Assembly: GCA_002633005.1 (NCBI GenBank)
Contig: NMRA01000159.1
Location: 701,520 to 765,333 of the forward strand
Direction of reading: 5' to 3'
DNA from: Phoronis australis
Lineage: Eukaryota > Animalia > Phoronida
Length of the DNA stretch: 63,814 nt
Position 1 is the stretch's first letter; every line of letters starts with the position of its first letter. Shown here in pieces: positions 24,252 through 36,575 of this stretch. The notes under the pieces are model-generated. The model did no database searches, was not told the origin of the DNA, and was given only the letters and a program-made list of their open reading frames with translations. The position numbers and the translations under genes were made by a program.

Positions 24252-27200
24252 ATGTAGAAAATTTGGTGGTGACCGGTGACCTGCCTCACTGCTGCGCTGG
24301 CCTTCTGCCGCGCGCGCCCTCTTTCGGCATCGAGAGACGACTGCTGTTCGTCTTGGAGACTGCCGACGTTGGCTGTCCGGCCCATATGCCGGTAATGGCC
24401 AATGAGGGCGCATCATGAATATTAATTAAGCGGCCCTGCGGCCGATACACATGTTTGGATGCAGAGTGGCATTCGATATCCAGACCACACACCTAAGCAG
24501 AACTATTGAGCTCGACCACGGACAACTAAGATGTAAGGTAAGACACCTTTAGGAATCACTACAAGATGAAGCCTTGACTGTCGCTCGTGCAACCCGGTTT
24601 CAAGTCCCGGTTATCACGAAATTTTCTACATAACCATTTCGGCATTTGGCCTATTGGCATAGTCCATTAGATGACTAGCAGAAGTTCAAATGATTTATTG
24701 GAAGAACGCCTACACCTACAGTCGAGACTCGACACCGACTGAATTTTGAGGCTTGGCTGAGGCTGACATTGAAATGACTGGATTGGCTATGTTGGCAGTT
24801 GTCAATTGCCGATTACTGGATTACACCTTTAACAAAATACATCGTGCGAAACATTAACTTACTACTACGGAAAACTCAATAAGTGCACTGCTTTAAAAAT
24901 ATACTCACTTCGCTCATTGTCTCTCAGACTGTGGAAGCCAAATTCCTTCCTTCTGATGATTTTAAAAATGTCCGCCCAATGACGTTCTCGTTTATCTCGC
25001 GAGATAGCATACAACATTCTGGCGTTCACTGTAACTGCGAGGCTGTGTGAAGCAGTAACAGTACCTGCTAGAGCGTTCTAGTTAGCAGTGCGTACTGGAC
25101 ACTCTTTCAGAGCGTAACTGCGCACATTTTTTTTGGTTTAAGCAAGTAACTGCGTAAGGAACGGGTGCCACCGTGTGCTTCGCAAATAAGGTTAGTGTAT
25201 CTTTCTGTGGCTTGGCTCTTTCTCTTCTCAATTCTAAGACATCCCCTCCTTAGTTTTCACTAATTTAAAAAATGGAATTATACTTATGAATCGAAAATAC
25301 CACTTAGTGGGAACATTTTGTGTATGCATGCCTTGTTTTTATCCGTCTTCAAGCTCATAAGAACGGGAGTTCGATGCCATTGTTAAATTTTTGTATATTT
25401 TGGAAAAATTGATGTCCTTTGCTTATATTGAAGGAGCATTATTTCAGAATTCGCTTCGGCTTATCTGGGTTCGCTTAAGTTTGGTTCGAGAAGTTTTTGA
25501 TGAAATGAAATAGAATTCTTAATAATTTTCCATTTTCACGCGATGTAATTGGTCTATTTTTGAGCCGAGTTTGGAGTAAAATTTGATGGACAGGGCCTAC
25601 AAAAATGGATGATCAGAAAACTACGTTGGCATACCCATTCCTGTCGCAAGTGTTCACCAAAACAGCGTTGAACGACACTCCATTCAAGCTCGTTTTCAAA
25701 TATAGTGAAAGTTGCGTGTGCCACTACCACCACCGCTTTTTAAAGCCGTTATCAACATGCCTTTTCATGATTTTATCAAACAGTGAACAATTTGGGTTCC
25801 TGGTCACTCCACTAAAACGCAAAACTGTTCACAGTCGACGTTTTGATTTAACCACAAAATCATTACAAAAACAAGGAAAATGCCATATTTTTATGCTTTT
25901 TGATTCTGTAATTGCCTCGAAACGTCGTCTGTGAATATTTTTGCGTCTGTCTTTTGTTTTGATTTTTTGACTTATAATGTTGCGCGGTTCTACACATTAT
26001 ATGGATTTGTCAATTACGTTGACTTCTACGTCTGCTAAACATGCGTGGTCCATATACATAGGGCACTGTTATCCACAGAACTAAGCCACAAGTACATGTA
26101 TATGAGCTTAAAATCGCTCGGTGATGATTATTCACAGCGTGTTCGCAGGCAGGAACAGGGTTAATCGAGCGTTGCGAGCGGATTAAAAAATGTTATCAAA
26201 AACACCGCCTTATCAAAGTGTAAAACTGCTTTTCGAAACACCACACGTTATCAAGAATTGAGGATCTCAGAAAATATCTCTAGAAAACAAATATTAACCA
26301 AATCGGAGTTAGAATCATAAAAGCGTGTTTGCGAACTTCAAAATTCTGTCATATGTCTTTGTGTGAGAATCAACGGTAGCGTAGGATTATATACTGCAGA
26401 CTTTCAAACAAAGGTGCTGGACTATCTTGTTACCTTTCTATATGTAAACGGCACATGTTGGTGCATTGAATTTGAATAGAAACGTTTTTTCAGTATCAAC
26501 AGAAGATTTTTATGAACCTGTTGACATTTAAGTGCGCTTTTAATAGTCCAGTTTGATATAATGTATTTTGTGGTGCAGGCATTTTAGCAGAATTCGTATG
26601 TAATTAGGTTTATCGGTTTAAAAATTACCAATTTAAACAAATTACATTCATTATGTTATTTTCGAACCTGTAGGCTTTTCATTAGCGCGAACCACGTTGT
26701 CCCTACAATAAAAGAGGCGTGATCACTTAACGGCCTGAGATGACCTACACACATGTAGTTATCTCATTACACCTAACCATAGATTATAGACAACTGTAGT
26801 CTATGATCTAACTCCCGTTTAGTTGATATTCCTGACGACACCGGTTTTCTGAGGCATGAGATCAATCTTTCTTTTGTTTATCGCCAGGCTCAGTCTTTTG
26901 TCCGATGTCACGAAGCAAACGTCAATTATCTCCACGCACTCTGATGGAATGCATTGATATAAACACACATCGACTCAAAATTTTGTAAACAACTAAAAAA
27001 CTCCAACGTTTTGGTCATTCTTATCGCATTTCCTCCACGAAATAGTGATTCTGCACTAACTTTTCAAGAGGAATTATATTTCAGAAACCAAATACGTTTA
27101 ATATACTACTTTCTGCCCTTGACATTCCCATTTATTTCTGACACTATTTTGTTGCCGCGAAGGTATTGTTAATTCGATAATTGCTCTCTACAAAGCAATG

Positions 27201-27442
27201 GGAGTTTAAATCAACTTTGGTGATATCAAGATATCACTGAACCGTCTAAAGCAATACTCCCAACTTAAAACGCTAATAACTTCATTTATTTGCAATTTCG
27301 AGCTTGGCCGCCCCCAATAATTGATCAATGGAAGTTTTGGGTGTTTGCAGTATGTGTTGCTTGCTTCTAATATTACGTTGTCCTCAAAACTTTATTAAAA
27401 GACTTGTTAAGTATTAAGTTTTAGCAGGCTGACTAGTGTACA

Positions 27443-28692
27443 AACTAGAAAGATTATTGTCACGGCGTGACAATAACGGACTCTGCGCATGCGTATTACT
27501 GGAATTATTAAGGGAAGTTACTGACAGCAACCCGTTTACCAATATGAAAAGGAATTCTTTAAAATTGTAGGAGAAATTACATATTAATTTTTTGATGACC
27601 TTTCTACTAATTGACCTCTTCCGGTGCATTATGAGCCCCGATGAGGGAGTAATTGTTAACTCGATTAAAAGTGTGGTTAATGCTAATAACCACAGATGTT
27701 TTACTTTAAGCACTTCAGAATACAAGATGAATGAAGTGGTCAAACTTTCAGAAGAAAAGTGCGCCTAATGACCCCATGGGTGCACCAAATGACCTGAAAA
27801 TTTAGAATTCAAATTCAATCGCACTTAGTAAACAGATACGTAATTCTAAAGTCTCTAGTTCAAAATTTTAGTTTGCACTCAATGACCTTTGACCTATTTT
27901 TTCTGATTGGTTAGGCCTATTGCAAAGTAGGGAATTCAATTGGCATGTTGACTTACACCAGTGTGCTGAAATTGAAAAGAATTCTTTGAAAAACCTAAGA
28001 GATATAACATGTTGAACGTTACATGACCTTTGCACTAATTGACCTTATCCGGTGCATTTTAAGCATCTTTAGGAGAATTATTGCAAAGCCCATGGAAAAT
28101 GTGTTTAACGCTGAGAATCACAGTTGTCTAAAGGTTGACACATCAGAATACTTGCTGATTGAAAAGGTCAAATTTCCAGAAGAAAACTGCACCTAGTGAC
28201 CCCATGTTTGCACTAAAGGACCTGAAACTTTGGATTCCGAATTGATTTACCTGAGGCAATCACACCTGTCAATTTGAAGTGTCTAGCTCAAAATTTTAGT
28301 TTGCACCTAATGGCCTTTGACCTATTTCACCTGATTGGATGACCCAATTACTTAGGAAAGTATTTTTTAAATTGTCATGTTGTCTTACACCTGTGCACCG
28401 AATTTGAAAAAGAGCTTTAAAACTGAAGGAGGAGTAGCATTTTGAAAATTATATGACCTTTGCACCAAGCAACCTCTTCCGGTGCAATATGGAATATGAT
28501 TATATATCCAATCAAAATTTATATACTGCCAAAAGTCATATGCTGAAATTAAAGACCGTACATGCACCCAATTTGGAGTTATTAAGCCTCAAATTGGTCG
28601 GAAGAAGAATAAGAAAAAGAATAAGAAGAATAAGAATAAAATTGAAGAAAACCCAGGAACAACAGTACTCTGCGCTTACACGCGCAGAGTAA
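27443..28692 (-). mobile_element. Non-autonomous Helentron (HINE/DINE-1-like) element, copy 1, with three ~430-bp internal units
   Basis: On the minus strand: 5' hairpin ACTCTGCGC..GCGCAGAGT, (TTC/TTA)n tract, TGACCT-rich tandem units, 3' subTIR, palindrome TTATTGTCAC-GTGACAATAA, then TCTAGTT. Confidence 0.75.
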
Positions 28693-30527
28693 CTAGAAAG
28701 ATTATTGTCACGGCGTGACAATAACGGACTCTGCGCGTGCGTATTACTGGAATTATTATGGGAAGTTACTGACAGCGACCCGTTTACCAATATGAACAGG
28801 AATTCTTTAAAATTGTAGGAGAAATTACATATTAATTTTTTATGACCTTTCCACTAATTGACCACTTCCGGTGCATTATGAGCGCCGATGAGGGAGTAAT
28901 TGTTAACTCGTTTAAAAGTGTGGTTAATGCAAAAAATCACAGATGTTTTACTTTAAGCACTTCAGAATACAAGATGAATGAAGTGGTCAAACTTTCAGAA
29001 GAAAAATGCACCTAATGACCCCATGAGTGCACCAAATGACCTGAAAATTTAGAATTCAAACTTAATCGCACTTAGTAAACAGATACCTAATTCTGAAATC
29101 TCTAGCTCAAAATTTTAGTTTGCACTCAATGACCTTTGACCTATTTTTTCTGATTGGTTAGGCCTATTGCGAAGTAGGGTATTCAAGTGGCATGTTGACT
29201 TACCCAAGTGTGCTGAAATTGAAAGGAATTCCTTGAAAAACGTAAGAGAAATAACATTTTAAACGTTACATGACCTTTCCACTAATGGACCCTATCCGGT
29301 GCATTATAAGCATATTTAGGAGAATTAATGCAAAGCCCATGAAAAATGTGTTTCATGCTGAGAATCACAGTTGTCTGACGGGTGACACATCAGAATACTT
29401 GCCGATTACATAGGTCAAATTTATATATAGAAAATGCACCTAATGACCCCATGTTTGCACTAAATGACCTGAAACTTTGGATTCCGAATTGAATTTCCTG
29501 TGCCAATCAGACCTGTTAATTTGAAGTGTCTAGCTCAAAATTTTAATTTGCACTCAATGACCTTTGACCTATTTTTTCTGATTGGTTAGGCCTATTGCGA
29601 AGTAAATTAGGGTATTCAATTGGCATGTTGACTTACCCAAGTGTGCTGAAATGGAAAGGAATTCCTTGAAAAACGTAAGAGAAATAACATTTTGAACGTT
29701 ACATGACCTTTGCACTAATTGACCCTATCCGGTGCATTATAAGCATCTTTAGGAGAATTAATGCAAAGCCCATCAAAAATGTGTTTAACGCTGAGAATCA
29801 CAGTTGTCTAACGGTTGACACATCATCTTTAGGAGAATTAATGCAAAGCCCATGAAAAATGTGTTTAACGCTGAGAATCACAGTTGTCTAAAGGTTGACA
29901 CATCAGAATACTTGCTGATTGAAAAGATCAAATTTTCAGTAGAAAAATGCACCTAATGACCCCATGTTTGCACTAAATGACCTGAAACTTTGGATTCCGT
30001 TTTGATTTACCTGTGGCAATCAGACTTGTCAATTTGAAGTGCCTAGCTCAAAATTTTAGTTTGCACCTAATGACCTTTGACCTATTTCACCTGATTGAAT
30101 GACCCGATTACTTAGAAAAGTAATTTTTTAAATTGTGATGTTGACTTATACCTGTGCACCGAATTTGAAAAAGATAGCTTTAAAACTGAAGGAGTAGCAT
30201 TTTGAAAATTACGTGACCTTTGCACCAAACGACCTCTTCCGGTGCAATATGGAATATGATTATATAACCAATTAAAATTTATATACTGTCAAAAGTCATA
30301 TGCTGAATTTAAAGACCGTACGTGCACCCAATTTGGAGTTATTAAGCCTCAAAGTTGGTCGGAAGAAGAATAAGAACAATAAGAATAAGAATAAGAATAA
30401 AATTGAAGAAAACCCAGGAACAACAGTACTCTGCGCTTACACGCGCAGAGTAATAATAATAAGAAGAAGAATAAAATTGAAGAAAACCCAGGAACAACAG
30501 TACTCTGCGCTCACACGCGCAGAGTAA
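28691..30527 (-). mobile_element. Non-autonomous Helentron element, copy 2 (four units, duplicated 5' end at 30454-30527)
   Basis: Head-to-tail with copy 1 at ...GCAGAGT-AA-CTAGAAAG; same termini. Confidence 0.75.
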
Positions 30528-31429
30528 TGAGGTGACTGGAATAGTTGGATGAGTCGATCCAAGCGGGTATTCAAAGTAAATGAAAAAATTCGTGTCATGT
30601 AACCGATGCATTTGAGCTCTAATGTGACGTAAAACTTTCTATTCAAGATACGTTTAAAGCTGGAAGAAAACTGCAGAGATGTTGAGGAGGAATCTTAAAA
30701 CAGGACACAAGTAAGCTGAATGACATTGGTCACGTGCCACGCGGTGGTCCTGCAAGTCACGCAACCGGATGTTGTCGCAATAACCCACTTTTGTAGCAAG
30801 GGATAGGATTACTGTGAGAAACGAAGTGAAATTAGATTGAACTTTATTAGTGCATTTATCGTCATTATTTTGACATTTGTCACTTTTATTATAGAAATAA
30901 ATTGATTGATTGTGAAAAGCCTGAAGGGCCTTACAGATATTGTATAATAAGAGAAAATAAAACGGCATCCGGGATAAAGATTGGGAAAAGTACAGAGAAA
31001 AACGTAGAGATATTGTAGACAACGAGGTATGTGGCTGAATGAACTAGACCACGCTAAACTGAAACAAGGAAATAATGTCGAGTAGAGAGGAGTATGAATA
31101 TAGAGGTGGAAGCCGGAGGCTATACACAGAAAGGAGTATTGTAAAATAAATCCTAAGGGTTGGTACAAAAATAGTCAAGCAAATTGTCGTAAGCTGCCCT
31201 TGAGTTACTATGAGGCTGCATTTTGAGAAGTTTGAACCAATTCTTGATCACGGCAAGATAGTACTTAGTAAATAACGGCAACCGCCCACTGTCATGGGCG
31301 GCGCAGATAAAGCCCCATCAGCCCCCCTGTGGTGCACCACCTATAGACCATGTGCGGCGTTGCACTGAAAAAAGTCGGGCTATAGCCCCCCAGCCCCCTA
31401 TGGTGTGCTATGGCCCATGTCAGTATAGC

Positions 31430-31930
31430 ATCGTTTTAGCATGAATTAGCTACACCCAACACACGCTTACAGAAATGAATATGCACTTGTTCCAATTAGT
31501 TGCATTCTTGAAAGACCTATATTTCGGCTCCATGTAGGTTAGATCATTTTATCAAAAATCTCAAAAGCCAACACGCAATTGAAACATAGTCAAGTTTCTT
31601 TGTAACTTACCGTGAACACAACACCAAGATACTTGTAACTGGAAACCACATCGAGATTTTTCACCTCCAAAATACCACCTCTCGCAATTTCTCAGGGGAC
31701 CTCCGTCTCTAAACACCATAACTTTGTTTTTTACTAAATTTACAGACATGCCCCATTCGTGGCAGAACTTATTTAAAGCACACCGTAGTTTTTGCAGTTT
31801 AACTGGATACTAAGCACACAAGGCCATATCATCGGCATATAACAATAATTTTACGTCAGAGACATTTTGACTTAGAAAAATATCATCGCTACTACTAGAG
31901 TGAATACATTCTACAAACTCATTCAAATAC
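31430..31930 (-). mobile_element. LINE reverse transcriptase fragment (CR1/L2 group)
   Basis: LLLYADDMAL...LNKFCHEWGMSVNLVKNKVMVF...YKYLGVVF, then LEQVHIHFCKRVLGV. Stops and frameshifts. Confidence 0.8.
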
Positions 31931-32683
31931 AATATTTGTTTACAATCTTCTCTTTGTACGTTTTTTATTAGTCCCTTCAGGCTTATTCCTAATTCTTCTA
32001 TTCATTTTTGTTCCATTATTACGGGCATTCCTTTGTAGACGCCGGTGGCGTTTTCCCCCATCTTGCAGAGCCTTCTTCTACTTAAGTCATAATAAATTAT
32101 ATTTTTCGTAATCCTCTTCTTGTTTTACTCTGCAACATAGTTCGTTTCGTACCCCGGGCAAAACAGATAACGATAAACGAGGATTAACAAACTGTAGGTT
32201 TGCTGAAGGAGCAGATTAGAAATACCGTTGTCCGTGAAAATACCCATAGGGCGCCAGCGTAACCTTCATAAGTTTTAAATTAATTTTGAGCTCATTGTAT
32301 TGTATCTTAACGTAAATAAACATGTTACTCACTCCATCTTATAACTAACGTTTTCCCAAACCAGTGCGTCGTCCGTAGACTCATCTTGTCATAGATATTA
32401 GGCTGAAGCTGAATTTTAAGTGGATCCCAAGGTTAACTGAACACTAACAAAATCTAATTTGGGAATGTTGTGTGCTTGTTATGTGAATGGGTGTCCGGGT
32501 CCCAATTTTCCAATTTTCACAAAAATAAAGACTTGGGAAAAGTTCTGGGAGCTATGTTTAAAACGTAAAAAATGTTCAAATCCTAAAATTATACTTGTGT
32601 AACGGGGGCGGTGTCTACAGGGCACTCCCTGTTACACTTTAATGAAGAACAATAGTCTGAAGTTGTTCTACTTTGTTTTACAG

Positions 32684-32935
32684 AATTCTGCTCATGTGTC
32701 TAATAGTATGTTACGTCTCATACTATTACATAGCCCAGCACCGGGTATTGCTACCCAGTGACGTAGATGGGAGAAAAACGAACAAATCCTTTCTGTATTA
32801 TGTCCAGACAGCGTCCTGTATATCCAAGTACTATCTACAGCCAGACCTTTTTGGGGTTGCCTCTTTGTGTGACTGCGATGTTTTGGTACTCAGCCACAAG
32901 ACAGCATGTTTGCAAAATAATCTCACACATGTCAG
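32684..32935 (+). CDS. N-terminal coding exon of glycosyltransferase-like paralog B (signal anchor plus start of lumenal domain)
   Basis: ttttacag acceptor; hydrophobic ILLMCLIVCYVSYYYIA; FLYYVQTASC...CDCDVLVLS. Donor AG|gtgagt is phase 2 and joins 46622 in frame (THVR-YIFS). Candidate ATG at 32694 gives 339 aa. Confidence 0.8.
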
Positions 32936-33199
32936 GTGAGTTAGTCAAAATCACGGTTCTATCCAGCATGACGTCATGTTCAACGCGATTCTTCGCCTCG
33001 TCCCTTACGTCATCTGTCTGCATCATGGAGATATTGGTACAACCTTATATATGTTTTCTGCTGAGTTTATGTTCTCCTCCGCACAATGAATTTAGTCAGT
33101 GACACAGTCTGAAGCTATTGAAGACAACGAATAAGGCTGAAACAGTCGTTTATGCCCAGAGGTTTTTATCTCTCGTGACCTTTAGGTCAATTCACGTTT

Positions 33200-34795
33200 T
33201 TGGGAATAAATTTCAGCGTCAATCTATCGGAGATTCCTGGTTTAAATTATTCTAGGAATATCAAAGAAATTCAAAACGGGCACCAACTCCTCTCGGCAAA
33301 ACTACTGTCATAAAATCACTGCTCTTACAAAATCAATTCTTTTTATGGCTTTGCCATCACCATCAAGATAAGAAGTTTATCTATTAGAACGTATGATTTT
33401 CGAATTTATTTGGGGTAAACCAAATAAAACCAAAAGGACCGAAATTGTTTAGAATTTCTCCCATGATGGATGCAAAATGATTGATATTGAATTTTCTTTA
33501 AAAATCTGAAATTATCCTGGTTTAGAAGATTATTAAATGGTCATGAGGAATTTTGTACACATCTGTTGTTGTTGCATGATCCTTTGAGAACGCGGAACTC
33601 TTTACTTTTTGGAGATGCGTTTTATAGCACTTATGCAAAAGACATTAAAAAATGTGTTTTGGTTTGAGGTCTTTACGTATGTAGCACAAACTATGTGTTT
33701 GTATGCTGATTACTTCCTTTACATTCCAATCTGGTATAAAAGCAACATATATGTATTAACAGATAACAATGTAATATGTTGTAGGCAATAGTTTTAAAAA
33801 AGGTATCATTCATGTTTGTAATTTGTTGGGTACTGAGGGAACATTTATGACTCATCAGTCCCTTTGCATTGGGCATGGCTTTTCTTTACCTTTCGTTTTG
33901 TTTTATGGTCTCAAGAAGGCAATTTGCAATTTGAAAAAAGGATCACAGGCAATGTCTTTTAATGTTAGTCTCTTTAATATGCCAGTTGTACTTGTAAGGT
34001 TAGCTAAAAACAAACATGTTCTTATTGAATTAAATCTATTTATACAAAGCCAAAGCGTGAATATCAGTGGGAAACTGACCTTGGTATTGATGCATCTCCT
34101 GATTGGTGGAGAAAAGCGTATACTTATTGATGCATCTCCTGATTGGTGAAGAAAGGTAGAATTTACTAGTGATACTAGATTGGGATGGTTTCTGGTTAGT
34201 TCCATACATCGTTAAAAATCAACAAACTGATATTTACATAAGACTGGAGATAAAGAATCAGATTTATGTCCATTTTGTAAAAAAGTACCAGAGGATATTA
34301 GTCATCTTTGTGTTGGAACTGTGATTTGACAAGGTCTTTCTGGATTTCACTTGATGAATGGATCATAAACAAAACCGGAAACTCGCTAGAGTTTTCAAAT
34401 TTAGATATATTTTCGGAAAGATTGAAGGACAAGACGTCATTAATCTTATTGTTTGTCTAGGAAAATTTCATATTGATTGACAGCGTCTTAAAAACACGAC
34501 TCCCAATTTGACATTCTTTAAAATGGAAGTCTTTGAGTATTTCAGAATTGAAAGATACTCGTTTTACAATAATCTAAAATTCGAGGATTTTAATAACAGA
34601 TGGGCCCCTATGGTACATCGATTTTGAGGTAGTTTATTTTTGAGTTGTAAATGACCCCCACCACAAGTGTGCACGTGCATATGTATGTGCGTATGAATGT
34701 GGCTATAACGGTGCGTATGGATGTGGGTATGTCTGTTTTCTCTTCATGTTCACATGTCTGTAAAAGTATTATATTTAATAATAAAAAACAAAAAG
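33200..34795 (+). mobile_element. Degenerate L1/Tx1-clade LINE, 3' part
   Basis: MALPSP...MIFEFIWGKPNKTKR...MIDI...LSWFRRLL; PIWY; CPFCKKVPEDISHL...FW; INLIVCLGKFHI...RW; A-rich tail near 34778-34795. Confidence 0.75.
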
Positions 34796-35416
34796 TAAGG
34801 CTGAAAGAGAGAAATTCGAAATATTTCCGGGGGAAATTCACGATCTTACAGTGGAGCCGTCTGTAGTCGTTTCTTCTTTTTGGTGTTGCCTCTTGTAGAA
34901 TGTGTTTCAATCCAACGCTGCTTCCGTAAACGGCAATCCCAAGTTTGCTCCAAGCTTTGACTGGGTTTAAACCAAGCGTCTTTGTACCAAGACGCCAGCG
35001 CCGGGAGTAAATTAATCTTGAGGATAGGCGTTCATCCTACCATTTGGCACTTAAAGCGAATTACAGAAATCCCTGCAAAGTAAACAATTTTTGTGTTAAT
35101 TTCGCATTTTAAACGCTATCACGTTTGAAAAAATACGTGATATCTCAGGCGACCGGCAGTAGCGCTGGGCACTACGACTCCGTTTCCATCGTCTGCTCCA
35201 CTGTGCAATGAAGAAAATTTTTAAATGAAATGGAATCTTTGTGATGATGAAAGAACAGGCAAATCCCCCTCCCGACCTCCCCCCATGCAGTGCTATGGCA
35301 TCTACAATCTTGCTTTGAGCAAGTGTTTACAGACAAAATGTTGGCCCCCCCCCCTTGTGATATCCTAGATCAGCCACTGGCACGTATAAATTACGTGCGT
35401 AAGTTAATTCTTGCAC

Positions 35417-35770
35417 CATAGACTATAGTACATGGACCGCCAACTCCGTATACTTTCAATGGACGAAATCTGTGATCTTACGCATAAGCCCTTACGGCAT
35501 TATTCACTGGCGACACCTGGCTAAATTATCTGGTGCAATTTCCGGCAAGTACGTCGTCTGCTAATCATGGTCGGCTACTGTGTGGCCGGTTGTTTGGCCA
35601 CACACACGAAATGCAAAGGAATTAGCTTCCATACCATCCGAAGACCCCATAATCGGCTGTGGGAAGAAAACCTTACTTCTGGTGTCAACTTGAATGGCAG
35701 TTGTTTCAGCAATAAGACTATACATTTGTTCAAGGCCCTTCGAAGATGAATGTTTTTAAGAGAGTCTACT
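35417..35770 (+). mobile_element. 5' end of a THAP-domain (P-superfamily-like) DNA transposon, decayed
   Basis: Begins CATAGAC exactly where homology to 870-1027 stops. MVGYCVAGC...GISFH...W, then frameshifted ICSRPFEDECF (35567-35757). Right end not found. Confidence 0.6.
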
Positions 35771-36504
35771 ACTTAATCCTGTCTTCACAAATCCATTTTT
35801 GTTTTCTCCGTTTTGATGAAAACTATCTGGTAAACTTTTAGACGAAAATTATCCGCTAAATTTCTTCCAAAGGTAGTGACTCGTAAACTCTTGTCCTTAC
35901 GAGGAAGTTCAGCCATAGCCTAGTGAGCGAATTAACCAAATTACTCTTCGCTGGCCCTGATCAGACGGTTGGTCTCAGCAGAATGCGCACACTTGGCCAG
36001 GATTTGGATCAGCGATTTCAACAAATTCACATTCGCGTACAAATAAATAGAACGCTGGTAAAACCTTTAACATGAATAAAGATTACATTAATACTTCATA
36101 AATAACCACCCGGACAAGTCAAAATCTATCTCGCAATTCAACAGCAGGTTACACACTCATTTCATGTATCCCGCTCAAAATCTCTCGACTGCAGTCTATG
36201 AAAATGCAACCAACTTCTTTGAAAACATGGAACAGGAACACCAGAGGGGTGTAAAGGTTGTTTTTATTCTTCAATGTTAAATTTTTTGTAAGCGGACATA
36301 TTGTTTTTTAAATTTCCGCCTTAAGTCCTAACATTTCTAAACTTAAGCCTTTCAAACGAACGTTTATGACGAAAACAAAATTCTTCAACCAGTTTTGTAA
36401 AGTCTTATGCCACCTGTAGGGTACATAATGAGCCAATCCCACTCTTAATGTAACAAAAGGGTCCCATGCATAAAGGATACTAAGTATTGCCCTTCTGAAA
36501 TATT

Positions 36505-36575
36505 ACCGTATGCGCCCTAATAAGCGGCCAGGGTGCTTAGAAAAATCCGCTCCAGGAAGGGGGCGCTTATTATAG
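36505..36575 (+). mobile_element. pogo/Tigger-like terminal sequence (related motif at 11363-11408)
   Basis: TA-CCGTATGCGCCCTAATAAGCG...GGGGCGCTTATT. Confidence 0.35.

Larger units (their letters stand above)
23803..24630 (+). mobile_element. Rearranged TRIM with tRNA-like LTRs (Helenus-like) and 4-bp TSD TAAC
   Basis: TAAC at 23799-23802 and 24631-24634; TGT...ACA termini. LTR 23803-23965 holds A box TGGCCGAATGG and B box GGTTCAAGTCC and is followed by PBS TGGCTCCCAAC (tRNA-Lys). The LTR 3' part recurs at ~23978-24030 and 24572-24630. Confidence 0.7.

Noticed and set aside
30650-31170. Possible LINE ORF2 linker fragments
   Set aside because: Only vague K/R-rich similarity on both strands; too decayed to call.
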